From an uncultured Candidatus Saccharimonas sp. (GTDB taxonomy: Bacteria > Patescibacteriota > Saccharimonadia > Saccharimonadales > Saccharimonadaceae), in assembly GCA_963528875.1 (NCBI GenBank), contig CAURWT010000003.1:30001-62000 (forward strand): DNA of 32,000 nt, written 5' to 3'. Shown one piece after another: positions 8,124 through 15,613 of this stretch; position 1 is the first letter of the stretch, and the number at the start of each line of letters is the position of its first letter. The position numbers were made by a program, and so were the translations under genes. The notes under the pieces are model-generated. The model was not told the origin of the DNA. It saw only the letters and a program-made list of their open reading frames with translations, and did no database searches.

Positions 8124-8990
8124 ATGTTTTTAGAAATATTTGATAGTTTTTTATATGATGAAATAATTTCTATTGGGTATAGTAGAAAAACAGAAGAAAG
8201 ATATGTAGTTTTTTCAAGATTAATCACTAAATTTTTCGGCAATATAGAAATATCAAGATTGGATGATAGAAAAGTTAGAGAATGGAGAGAATATCTTGCT
8301 AAATATCAATCGCCAGATACAGTTAGGGGTTATGTGATTTGCCTTAGGAAATTTATTAGATATTGTGAGCGAAGGTTTGATATGAAAATTTCTGCCGAAA
8401 ATATAAAAGTTCCAAGGAGAGAAAAAAGAAAAATTGATATATTGACAAATGACGAAGTTATCGATTTCATAAACGCCATCGGCGAAAAGAAACGTGGATA
8501 CAGTGAAGTTAATCGTCTCAGAAATATCGCAATAGCTAAGCTAATTTACTGTTCTGGATTAAGAGTTGGGGAAGTTTGTAAATTAAATAAAAATTCTATC
8601 AAAAATAGACAAATGACGATTGTGGGTAAAAGTTTAGAGCCGAGACTGTGTTTTATTAATCGAGACACTGAACTTGCTATTTATGAGTATTTAAGCGCTC
8701 GAAACGATATTGAGCCCGCACTTTTTATCTCTAACCAAAACGGAAAGAGAATAACTGAGTCGAATATTCAAAGGATTTTTCAGAGAGTTTGCGAAAATTC
8801 GAATGGTAAATTTGAAAAGGTTCATCCACACACTTTACGACACTGTTTTGCAACCAGTATGCTTGATCGAGGAGTAGATATTGTTTATATACAGGATTTT
8901 ATGGGTCATCAAAGTTTGGACACTACAAAAATCTACACTCACTACTCAAATAATAAACTCAGAGAAGTTTATGAGAAAGCAAATATTTAA
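8124..8990 (+). CDS. int: Tyrosine recombinase / phage integrase (XerC/D-like)
   Basis: 288 aa. C-terminal catalytic signature HPHTLRHCFATSMLDRGVDIVYIQDFMGHQSLDTTKIYTH, with the upstream R in GLRVGE. AAAGGAG 5 nt before the ATG. Confidence 0.9.
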   Translation: MFLEIFDSFLYDEIISIGYSRKTEERYVVFSRLITKFFGNIEISRLDDRKVREWREYLAKYQSPDTVRGYVICLRKFIRYCERRFDMKISAENIKVPRREKRKIDILTNDEVIDFINAIGEKKRGYSEVNRLRNIAIAKLIYCSGLRVGEVCKLNKNSIKNRQMTIVGKSLEPRLCFINRDTELAIYEYLSARNDIEPALFISNQNGKRITESNIQRIFQRVCENSNGKFEKVHPHTLRHCFATSMLDRGVDIVYIQDFMGHQSLDTTKIYTHYSNNKLREVYEKANI

Positions 8991-9006
8991 AACTTATGCT
9001 TAGATA

Positions 9007-9035
9007 TTGACTTTTTGAAAAATGTGTGATATAAT
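9007..9035 (+). promoter_or_regulatory. Consensus promoter driving the tRNA-Gly-like gene
   Basis: TTGACT (9007-9012), 17 bp spacer ending in TGA (extended -10), TATAAT (9030-9035). Confidence 0.6.
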
Positions 9036-9103
9036 GAAAACATAATTGAATAGTACATAAAAAACCATAAACTAAGTCCGAACTGTAGTTCGGCAATAAT
9101 GCT

Positions 9104-9166
9104 GCGGGTTAGAGCGCTTCCTTGCCATGGAAGAGGCCAGGAGTTAGAGTCTCCTAACCCGCACCA
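9104..9166 (+). tRNA. tRNA-Gly(GCC)-like, 63 nt, lacking the 5' half of the D-stem and the D-loop (mini-tRNA or pseudo-tRNA)
   Basis: GCGGGTT-AGAGCG-CTTCC-TTGCCAT-GGAAG-AGGCC-AGGAG-TTAGAGT-CTCCT-AACCCGC-A-CCA. Perfect 7-bp acceptor, 5-bp anticodon and 5-bp T stems, anticodon GCC, encoded CCA. Only 6 nt lie between the acceptor and anticodon stems. The T-loop has A where C56 is normally conserved. Confidence 0.6.
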
Positions 9167-9182
9167 ATGTAGATATTGAAAT

Positions 9183-9207
9183 GACTGCTTAGGCAGTCTT
9201 TATTTTA
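9183..9207 (+). terminator. Intrinsic terminator after the tRNA-like gene
   Basis: GACTGC-TTAG-GCAGTC followed by TTTATTTTAT. Confidence 0.6.
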
Positions 9208-9225
9208 TGACAGTAGTATAAATTA

Positions 9226-9252
9226 CTATAGTTTCTATAGTTTCTATAGTTT
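9226..9252. repeat. Perfect 3 x 9 bp tandem direct repeat (CTATAGTTT)
   Basis: CTATAGTTT at 9226-9234, 9235-9243 and 9244-9252, read directly. Confidence 0.9.
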
Positions 9253-9292
9253 TGATTAATTTTATTGATATTTTGCATAAAATTTGTTCCTT

Positions 9293-9364
9293 TTTAGTGA
9301 GCGGTTAAAGCCGAAGAATTAGGAGGGAAAAGTCTTTTTTCTTCAGCTTGAATCGCTCACTAAA
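9293..9364. other. 72-nt extended imperfect inverted repeat (long hairpin)
   Basis: TTTAGTGAGCG-GTTA-AAGCCGAAGAA-[19-nt loop TTAGGAGGGAAAAGTCTTT]-TTCTTCAGCTT-GAAT-CGCTCACTAAA. An 11-bp outer helix and an 11-bp inner helix (one C/A mismatch) separated by a 4x4 internal loop. Confidence 0.7.
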
Positions 9365-9384
9365 GGTTATAGATTATTTAAACA

Positions 9385-9417
9385 AAAAGAATGACTGTTC
9401 GTTGCTCAGTCACTCTT
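9385..9417 (-). terminator. Terminator of tRNA-Leu
   Basis: Minus strand: GAGTGACTG-AGCAACGAA-CAGTCATTC followed by TTTTTGTTT. Confidence 0.6.
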
Positions 9418-9419
9418 TT

Positions 9420-9507
9420 TGGTACCGCGAGCCGGACTTGAACCGGCACGAGCGTAATGCTCACCAGATTTTGAGTCTAGCGTGTCTACCAATTCCACCA
9501 TCGCGGC
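9420..9507 (-). tRNA. tRNA-Leu(CAA), type II with long variable arm
   Basis: Reverse complement reads GCCGCGA-TG-GTGGAATTGGTAGACAC-G-CTAGA-CTCAAAA-TCTGG-TGAGCATTACGCTCG-TGCCGG-TTCAAGT-CCGGC-TCGCGGT-A-CCA. Canonical cloverleaf, GG in the D-loop, TTCAAGT T-loop, anticodon CAA. Confidence 0.9.
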
Positions 9508-9578
9508 TTATTATGGTTTTGACTATTTACATAGCTCAGTGTCTATTGTATACTAAGAGTAGGGAAAAATCAAGAGAA

Positions 9579-11027
9579 ATGAATGATAATAATAAAAAAA
9601 ATCAAAACAATGGATTAAATATACCTGAGAGACAGCTGCAGAGTACTTTTTCAAATGATAGAAATCGTGCTGTGATTGAATTTCGAAGGCAAAAAGTTCA
9701 ACAGCTTTACCAAAAAGCCAATACTGAACAAATTTCAGAAATCCAGCAAAGCAAAAAAGAAGCTCGGCCAGAGAAAATTAACTTGGCAGAATATTTAAAA
9801 AATCAAAATAACTCTAAAAAAGTTGATGGGCAGCGAGAAGAATTAATCAAGAACTCAATTGAGGAAGTTTCGAAACCATTTCAACCACAACCAAAAGCTA
9901 GTTTTAATTCTGGTGTTGGCCAAGAGACTGATGACTTTAAGGCTCGCCAAAAAGTTATTCAACCGCTCCAGAATAAGCAAGATATTGTAAAAGTTGATGA
10001 AAACTCACATAATTTAGGAGCGATAAAATATAAGCCTCAGCAAGCTGTTCAAAATTTGTATAATATCCAGCAAGAAAATCAGCCAAGTGAGCAATGGAAA
10101 CGATACCACGCGGCTTGGCAGAATTATTATCAAAAGTATTACGAAACCTATTATTCGGCGGCCTTGGAGCAGCAAAAAAAGCAAACGGTAAATATTCAAC
10201 CAGAAGTTGCAGAAGATTTAACAGAAAACCAGAAAAAAGAACGAGCTTTGGCGAAGCTTCGAAAAGATATTTCAGAAAAAGCGCGTCAGAAAACTGAGAA
10301 AATTCGAAAATCCCGTCATTTTGTACCAATTTTTTCAGCAATTGTTGTGGTAGCTTTGTTTCTATTTTTGCAATATAATAGATTAATTTTTGCTTCAGTT
10401 GAGGCTTATGTTGCGCCAGGAAATTCTAATGCTTCTCAAACAATTTATAGCCCGAATTCTTCTAACTTGGTTGGGCAAGAGCCAAAATTGATTATTCCAA
10501 AAATTAATGTTGATGTTCCAGTTGTTTATGGTGTTGGTAATGATAATGCGTCTCAATTGAAAGCAATGGAAAAGGGTGTTGCGCATTTTTCAATCCCAGG
10601 CGCAAATGCGGTTCCAGGGCAAAATGGAAATACTGTTTTGAGCGGGCATTCAAGTAATGATTTGTTTGATACGGGTGACTACAAATTTATTTTTGCTCAG
10701 CTTGATAAACTTAAACAAGGTGATGTAATTTATGCTAATTATAACGGCAAACGATATACTTATAATGTAACAAAAACAGAAGTCGTAATGCCAAATCAAG
10801 TAAATAGAGTTCAAATTGGGACAGATAAACCAATGCTAACTTTGATTACTTGCGTTCCTCTCGGAACTGCTGAAAAGCGTTTGCTCGTTTTTGCCGAACA
10901 GGTTTCTCCAGATCCAACCAAGGCTGAAAAACCGGCCGCGCAGGAGAATTCCGATAATAAAAAAGTGACTCTTCCACGAAATTCTCTAACATTTTTTGAA
11001 AGATTATTTAGCTGGAAATGGGATTAA
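9579..11027 (+). CDS. Sortase-family transpeptidase with long low-complexity N-terminal region and TM anchor
   Basis: 482 aa from ATG 9579. Catalytic His context NTVLSGHSS and Cys context PMLTLITCVP (TLxTC), then RLLVFAE (Arg). TM helix FVPIFSAIVVVALFLFLQY. The first ~270 aa are Q/K/N-rich. Confidence 0.85.
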   Translation: MNDNNKKNQNNGLNIPERQLQSTFSNDRNRAVIEFRRQKVQQLYQKANTEQISEIQQSKKEARPEKINLAEYLKNQNNSKKVDGQREELIKNSIEEVSKPFQPQPKASFNSGVGQETDDFKARQKVIQPLQNKQDIVKVDENSHNLGAIKYKPQQAVQNLYNIQQENQPSEQWKRYHAAWQNYYQKYYETYYSAALEQQKKQTVNIQPEVAEDLTENQKKERALAKLRKDISEKARQKTEKIRKSRHFVPIFSAIVVVALFLFLQYNRLIFASVEAYVAPGNSNASQTIYSPNSSNLVGQEPKLIIPKINVDVPVVYGVGNDNASQLKAMEKGVAHFSIPGANAVPGQNGNTVLSGHSSNDLFDTGDYKFIFAQLDKLKQGDVIYANYNGKRYTYNVTKTEVVMPNQVNRVQIGTDKPMLTLITCVPLGTAEKRLLVFAEQVSPDPTKAEKPAAQENSDNKKVTLPRNSLTFFERLFSWKWD

Positions 11028-11033
11028 GATAAT

Positions 11034-11071
11034 AAATTGCTCAAGCTTAAATTTGAGCAATTTATTTTTTT
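11034..11071 (+). terminator. Intrinsic terminator
   Basis: AAATTGCTCAA-GCTTAAAT-TTGAGCAATTT (11-bp stem) followed by ATTTTTTTT. Confidence 0.75.
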
Positions 11072-11079
11072 GAAAACCC

Positions 11080-11108
11080 TTGAAAATTTAGTAAAAATGA
11101 AGTAAAAT
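11080..11108 (+). promoter_or_regulatory. Promoter
   Basis: TTGAAA (11080-11085), 17 bp, TAAAAT (11103-11108). Confidence 0.5.
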
Positions 11109-11133
11109 ATACATAAGCTAAATAGGGAATGAA

Positions 11134-12138
11134 ATGAGAGACGAAATTATCATAAACGGAAAAAAATATGATGCAATCACGGGTGAACTTTTAAGTGCTC
11201 CAAAAAATAATTGTAGTATTAAAAATAAAGATATTTCGAAAATTCATAATAATTTGCAGCGTTCAAACACTTTGAATCGTAAATATGTTACAATTCCAAA
11301 GAGGCAAGGAGTTTCTCTTCACCAAGATGAAATGATTAGTCAGTTCAAACGTCGCCACGATTATCAAGAGGCGATTTTGCGCGCGCGTGAAGCAAAAGAG
11401 ACTCAACAAGACCGAATCTTAATTTCACGTTTTTCGAAAAATTCTAAAATAATCTCACCAATTTCAAAAGAGCAAATTAAAGAAGCTGAGAAGATTGCTC
11501 CTTTCGAAGAACATCCGCTTGCCAAAAAAGCTAATGAAGAACTTCGAGCAAAAAAAGCTCAAAAACAAGAAATTTCAAACCAAGAAGTTAAAGAATTTGC
11601 AATTAGTCAAGCAATTAAAAAGTCTCGCGAAGAAAGTAAGAAAAGTCGTGGAATTCACCAAAAGAGTTTTTTTGCGCGCAAGAAGTTTATTAGTTTCTCG
11701 ATGGGCTTTGCTGTTGCGATTTTTGGTGTTGGATATCTAACTTATGTCAACCTACCAGATATTGCAAGCAGAATTACGGCTTTTCAATCTGGAATAGCGG
11801 TTGAAACTCCTGCTTATATCGCGAGTGGGTACTCTCCAAAAGGTCTAGCTTATTTTGATGGAAAAAATGTTAATTTTGAATATAAAAAAGGTGATTCGAA
11901 TTATAAGGTTCAACAATCGCAAAGCGGCTGGGATAGTTCAGCGTTATTACAGAATTATGTTACAAAAAAATGGAGTGAAGATTATTCAACAACCTATAGT
12001 AATGGTCTAACAATTTATTCGAACCGTCGTGGGGAATCTGTTTGGGTGAACAATGGAAAACTTTATAAAGTTGAGGTTTCCGGCAATAAGATTTCAGATG
12101 AAGAAATTCGAAAAATCGCAACCAGTCTTAGTGCATAA
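11134..12138 (+). CDS. Membrane-anchored protein, unknown function (C-terminal domain reminiscent of DUF4367)
   Basis: 334 aa. Charged N-terminal half, one TM helix (FISFSMGFAVAIFGVGYLTYV), extracytoplasmic C-domain ending ...KLYKVEVSGNKISDEEIRKIATSL. Family resemblance is from memory only. Confidence 0.55.
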   Translation: MRDEIIINGKKYDAITGELLSAPKNNCSIKNKDISKIHNNLQRSNTLNRKYVTIPKRQGVSLHQDEMISQFKRRHDYQEAILRAREAKETQQDRILISRFSKNSKIISPISKEQIKEAEKIAPFEEHPLAKKANEELRAKKAQKQEISNQEVKEFAISQAIKKSREESKKSRGIHQKSFFARKKFISFSMGFAVAIFGVGYLTYVNLPDIASRITAFQSGIAVETPAYIASGYSPKGLAYFDGKNVNFEYKKGDSNYKVQQSQSGWDSSALLQNYVTKKWSEDYSTTYSNGLTIYSNRRGESVWVNNGKLYKVEVSGNKISDEEIRKIATSLSA

Positions 12139-12140
12139 AA

Positions 12141-12166
12141 AAGTGGCTTTTGGCTACTTTTTTGTT
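12141..12166 (+). terminator. Intrinsic terminator
   Basis: AAGTGGC-TTTTG-GCTACTT (one G-U pair) followed by TTTTGTTTT. Confidence 0.45.
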
Positions 12167-12171
12167 TTGGG

Positions 12172-12200
12172 TTGAGAAAAAATAAAAATTAAAGTATAAT
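12172..12200 (+). promoter_or_regulatory. gltX promoter (leaderless configuration)
   Basis: TTGAGA (12172-12177), 17 bp, TATAAT (12195-12200). ATG at 12209, only 8 nt after the -10 box, with no SD. Confidence 0.55.
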
Positions 12201-12208
12201 AGGTAATT

Positions 12209-13666
12209 ATGAAAGCAAGAACTCGTTTTGCGCCAAGTCCAACTGGTTATATTCACGTTGGAAATGTTCGAAGCGCACTTTACCCTTATTTGATCGCTAA
12301 GCAAACTGGCGGAGATTTTATTTTGCGAATTGAAGATACCGACCAAGCTCGATTTGTTGATGGTGCAGAAGATTTAATTCTTGATACTTTAAAATGGCTT
12401 GGTTTAGACTGGGATGAGGGTCCAGTTTATGGTGAAAAAAATCAAGAAAAAGGTGATTTTGGGCCATATCATCAAACTCAGCGTCGTGAAAAATATCTTG
12501 AATGGGCACACAAAATGATCAAAAAAGGCCTAGCTTATGCCGACCCATATTCACCAGAAGAAGTTGAAGAATTTCGAAAAAAAGCTAAAATTGAAAAGCG
12601 TGCATTTTTATACCGCGACCATCGCCCCGAAAATCCACCAGAATGGGAGCTTGGAATGCCACTCCGTTTTAAGACGCCAGAAATTAAGCGCTATACTTGG
12701 CACGACGCTGTGATGGGTGAGCTTTCAGCTGGTCCTGAGGCTTTAGATGATTTTATTTTAATTAAAGCAGATGGACTTCCAACTTATAATTTTGCACACA
12801 TTGTTGATGATTTCGAAATGAAAGTTACGCATGTAATTCGTGGCTCAGAATACGTTGCTAGCACTCCAAAATATCTTTCGTTATATGAGGCGCTTGAAAT
12901 TAAGCCGCCAATTTTAGCTCATTTACCGCATATCTTGGCGCCAGAAGGTAATAAGAAACTTGGTAAGCGCGATGGGGCAAAAAGTGTTAGTGAATATCGG
13001 GCAGATGGAATTTTACCAGAGGCAATGCTGAACTTTTTGGCTCAACTTGGCTGGAATGATGGCACTGAACAAGAAATCTTTACTAAAGAAGAGCTAATCG
13101 AAAAATTCTCTCTTGATCGTGTGCAAAAATCTGGAGCAAGGTTTGATGAACAGCGACTTTTGTGGCTCAATGGTCAGTGGATTCGTAAAATTTCTCTTGA
13201 AGATCTATTTGAGCGCGTGCAAGATTTTTGGGGAGAAAATGCTAAGAATGCTAGTGAAGAATACAAAAGAGAAGTTCTTGGTTTAGTTTTTGATCGCTTA
13301 AAAACACTTAAAGATCTCCCACTTGCTAGCGAATACTTTTTTGCTGAACAACAAGCTGATTTAGAGATGATTTCGAAAAATAAGCAGCTTAAAAAACTTG
13401 AAAAATCGCAAATTATGGAACTTTTGAATTTGGTGATTTCTGAGTTGGAACAGCTTGAGGATTGGAATGATGATGAAATCCAAGAATTATTAAACAGGTT
13501 GCTTGAAAAAACTGGCCAGAAACCGGGAATTCTATTCCAGATTATTCGGATTTCATTAACTTGGGCACCATTTTCGCCAGCCTTGAATCAAACTCTACGA
13601 GTGATTGGCAAGGATGAAAGTATAAAACGCCTTAAAAATTCACTACAAGAAATTGAAAAAATGTAA
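12209..13666 (+). CDS. gltX: Glutamate--tRNA ligase
   Basis: 485 aa. RTRFAPSPTGYIHVGNVRSALY (HIGH-type motif), KLGKRDG (KMSKS-type motif), overall class I GluRS layout. Confidence 0.93.
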   Translation: MKARTRFAPSPTGYIHVGNVRSALYPYLIAKQTGGDFILRIEDTDQARFVDGAEDLILDTLKWLGLDWDEGPVYGEKNQEKGDFGPYHQTQRREKYLEWAHKMIKKGLAYADPYSPEEVEEFRKKAKIEKRAFLYRDHRPENPPEWELGMPLRFKTPEIKRYTWHDAVMGELSAGPEALDDFILIKADGLPTYNFAHIVDDFEMKVTHVIRGSEYVASTPKYLSLYEALEIKPPILAHLPHILAPEGNKKLGKRDGAKSVSEYRADGILPEAMLNFLAQLGWNDGTEQEIFTKEELIEKFSLDRVQKSGARFDEQRLLWLNGQWIRKISLEDLFERVQDFWGENAKNASEEYKREVLGLVFDRLKTLKDLPLASEYFFAEQQADLEMISKNKQLKKLEKSQIMELLNLVISELEQLEDWNDDEIQELLNRLLEKTGQKPGILFQIIRISLTWAPFSPALNQTLRVIGKDESIKRLKNSLQEIEKM

Positions 13667-13668
13667 AA

Positions 13669-13698
13669 ATAAGCTCCGCAATAAACGGAGTTTATTTA
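13669..13698. terminator. Bidirectional terminator between convergent gltX and hydrolase genes
   Basis: AAGCTCCG-CAATAAA-CGGAGTTT with A/T runs on both sides. It overlaps the hydrolase stop region. Confidence 0.55.
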
Positions 13699-14507
13699 AT
13701 ATTTTCGAAAATAATTTTAGCAATTTCTCGTGGTTTTTCCATTGGCAACAAATGGCCAGAATTCTCAAGAATATAAAAATCTGATTTAGGGAAGTTTTTG
13801 CGGAATTTCTCTTTATTAAAAGGCTGAACTGTTCCGTCTTTATCACCAATAATAGCAATTTTGATATAGTTCTCGGTTTCGAATACTTTTTTATCAAGTG
13901 CGATTGGGATTGTTGATTTTTGTGCGAGTAAATTCTTTGCTGAGTTTTGACATAAAAACATATTTTGATAAATATTTTTATTTGCTTCAAGCGACCAAGT
14001 TTTTTGGAGAGTAGCTGCTTTAAAAGGCGAGAAAACTGGCAGATTTGAAAAAATCATTAAAAATCTAGATTTATTTAATAATTTCATCCCAGCTAAAAAT
14101 GAATCGCTAGGCTCAAAAACGGGATTTATAATAATAGTTGGAATTTTTTTTGAAATCTCATTATCGCTGACAAAATAAGAACTAAAAGAGTGGCCAACAA
14201 TAAGATGAATTTCACCAAAATTACTAAGTTTTGAGATCATCTTTTTGTAGAAAATTCGAAAAATATCAATATTTTGAAAGGTACTAAGTGAACTTTTACC
14301 GTGAGCAGGTAATTCACAAATAATAATTGAATATTTTTTTGAAAGCTCAAATCCAAGTGGAGTTAGTCCAAAATAGTTTCCACCAAAACCATGAAAAAGA
14401 ACGGCGATTGGTTTACTTTCTTCTAAATTTTTATATATTGAAATTTTATTACCATCAATATTGATAAATTCATTTTTCAGCTTTCTTCGCCAAGATTTTA
14501 GATTCAT
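13692..14507 (-). CDS. Alpha/beta-fold hydrolase
   Basis: VLFHGFGGN (oxyanion region) and nucleophile elbow GHSFSS (GxSxG). Start moved to ATG 14507 because a TTGTAA-17-TATAAT promoter lies inside the first 14 codons of the track ORF. Confidence 0.75.
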   Translation of the reverse strand: MNLKSWRRKLKNEFINIDGNKISIYKNLEESKPIAVLFHGFGGNYFGLTPLGFELSKKYSIIICELPAHGKSSLSTFQNIDIFRIFYKKMISKLSNFGEIHLIVGHSFSSYFVSDNEISKKIPTIIINPVFEPSDSFLAGMKLLNKSRFLMIFSNLPVFSPFKAATLQKTWSLEANKNIYQNMFLCQNSAKNLLAQKSTIPIALDKKVFETENYIKIAIIGDKDGTVQPFNKEKFRKNFPKSDFYILENSGHLLPMEKPREIAKIIFENIK

Positions 14508-14513
14508 TGTATA

Positions 14514-14542
14514 ATTATACCATTTTTGAGTCCTAATTACAA
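14514..14542 (-). promoter_or_regulatory. Promoter of the hydrolase gene (leaderless configuration)
   Basis: Minus strand: TTGTAA (14542-14537), 17 bp, TGG-TATAAT (-10 at 14519-14514), then 6 nt and ATG 14507. Confidence 0.5.
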
Positions 14543-14569
14543 AATACACTTTTGAAAAAGCATAAGTTG

Positions 14570-14578
14570 TGATATAAT
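14570..14578 (+). promoter_or_regulatory. Extended -10 promoter element for the phosphatase gene
   Basis: TGATATAAT at 14570-14578. AAGGAA-type SD precedes ATG 14623. Confidence 0.45.
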
Positions 14579-14622
14579 ACAGTTAAAGCTTAAGAATTTT
14601 TAAATAAAAAGAAAGGAAAAAA

Positions 14623-15435
14623 ATGGCAAATCCGCTGCGACTAGTGATGATTCGGCACGGGCAAAGTGAGGCTAACATTGTTCAGCATGCGCAAAAGCTC
14701 GGGCAAAAAATTGATCTAGAGAAAAAGGTTGAGGCGCGTGCAGACTGGCGGCAGCGGCTCTCGCCGAAAGGTAAAGAGCAGGCTGAGAGAGCAAGTAGAG
14801 AACTTTCGAAAATTTATGGAAGTTTGGATTTTTTTGATTCGAAATATACCTCACCTTTTATTCGAGCAAGAGAAACTGCTGCAATTTTAAGTGGAGAAAA
14901 TTGCCATTTCTGGAAGATTGATGACTTGCTCTCGGAACGAAACTGGGGAATTTTTGGTCGCGTAGATATGAATGAGCGAGTTGATAATTTTCCAATTACA
15001 ATGAGATACCTTTATAATGATCCATTTTTTATGCGGCTTGATGGTGGTGAGAGCATTTTTGATGTTTATTTGCGTTTTCGAAGTTTTTGCGAGCGTCTAA
15101 AGAGAGAGGAGTCGAACCAGAATGTTTTGATTGTTTCTCATAAACAGTTGATTCAATCCGCTTGTTATTTAATTGAAGGATTTTTGCCTGAACAGTGGAA
15201 TAATAATCGAATACGAGATATTTACGATGTACCAAATTTGGGGGCAATTGAGTATTCAAGAATCAATCCAATGAATGCGAGTGATGTTCGTGAAAATTTT
15301 GCTTGGCGGAGGGTTTTGAACTTGGGCGAAGCTGACGGAAAATATGGAGATTGGGAAGAATTTGATATTCGCCGAGATTTTTCGAATGATGAATTATTAA
15401 CTCAAGTTAGTGAAAATAAACCTTTTTTAAAATAG
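14623..15435 (+). CDS. Histidine phosphatase family protein (phosphoglycerate mutase-like)
   Basis: 270 aa. N-terminal LVMIRHGQSEAN (RHG catalytic motif), downstream SHKQLI histidine region. Confidence 0.8.
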   Translation: MANPLRLVMIRHGQSEANIVQHAQKLGQKIDLEKKVEARADWRQRLSPKGKEQAERASRELSKIYGSLDFFDSKYTSPFIRARETAAILSGENCHFWKIDDLLSERNWGIFGRVDMNERVDNFPITMRYLYNDPFFMRLDGGESIFDVYLRFRSFCERLKREESNQNVLIVSHKQLIQSACYLIEGFLPEQWNNNRIRDIYDVPNLGAIEYSRINPMNASDVRENFAWRRVLNLGEADGKYGDWEEFDIRRDFSNDELLTQVSENKPFLK

Positions 15436-15438
15436 TTA

Positions 15439-15467
15439 TTGACAAAGCTTAAACGTTTTGATATAAT
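15439..15467 (+). promoter_or_regulatory. Perfect consensus promoter
   Basis: TTGACA (15439-15444), 17 bp spacer ending TGA, TATAAT (15462-15467). Confidence 0.65.
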
Positions 15468-15473
15468 TTTATC

Positions 15474-15613
15474 ATAGTTGATGTGTTATCAAGGGCGATG
15501 TTTGTTTTCTCCCCTAAATAACACTTATAAATAAAAATAAATAACAAAAACCGCCCAGGGTGGGCACACATCAACAAATAAATCACTGCTTGAAAAAGTA
15601 GTGATTTTATATT
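15474..15613 (+). ncRNA. Candidate structured RNA (cis-regulatory leader of murF or independent small RNA), class not recognised
   Basis: 10-bp closing helix GTTGATGTGT (15477-15486) / ACACATCAAC (15566-15575). Mutually exclusive GGGCG (15493-15497)/CGCCC (15552-15556) pairing versus GCCCA-GGG-TGGGC hairpin (15553-15565). Then hairpin ATCACTGC-loop-GTAGTGAT (15582-15605) followed by TTTTATATT. Confidence 0.4.

Larger units (their letters stand above)
1..9420. mobile_element. Integrated temperate phage, right-hand portion (tail genes, lysis cassette, accessory genes, integrase); left end outside window, right boundary approximate
   Basis: Co-oriented, translationally coupled structural genes, a holin-like gene plus peptidoglycan hydrolase, and tyrosine integrase 8124..8990 followed within 0.5 kb by tRNA genes. 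TTCGAA density is about 1 per kb here versus about 3 per kb in 9.5-32 kb (manual count). Confidence 0.65.

Noticed and set aside
9091-9166. Canonical cloverleaf for the tRNA-Gly-like gene using GCTG/CGGGTTA/GAGC as a D-arm
   Set aside because: That fold would need GGCAATA (9091-9097) as the 5' acceptor strand, which cannot pair with AACCCGC. The only consistent acceptor helix uses GCGGGTT (9104-9110), leaving no D-arm.
9226-9252. Possible CRISPR-like array
   Set aside because: The 9-bp units are directly adjacent with no spacers, there are only three copies, and no cas genes are present. It is a simple tandem repeat.
9348-9578. First 77 codons of the 559-aa track ORF (MNRSLKVIDY...)
   Set aside because: This stretch starts at a TTG inside the long hairpin and runs antisense across the whole tRNA-Leu gene (9420-9507) and its terminator. 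The sortase most plausibly starts at ATG 9579 (MNDNNKK...).
14508-14549. Upstream 14 codons of the alpha/beta hydrolase ORF (MYFVIRTQKWYNYT)
   Set aside because: They contain a TTGTAA-17-TGGTATAAT promoter placed 6 nt before the internal ATG 14507, matching the leaderless pattern seen at nine other genes.
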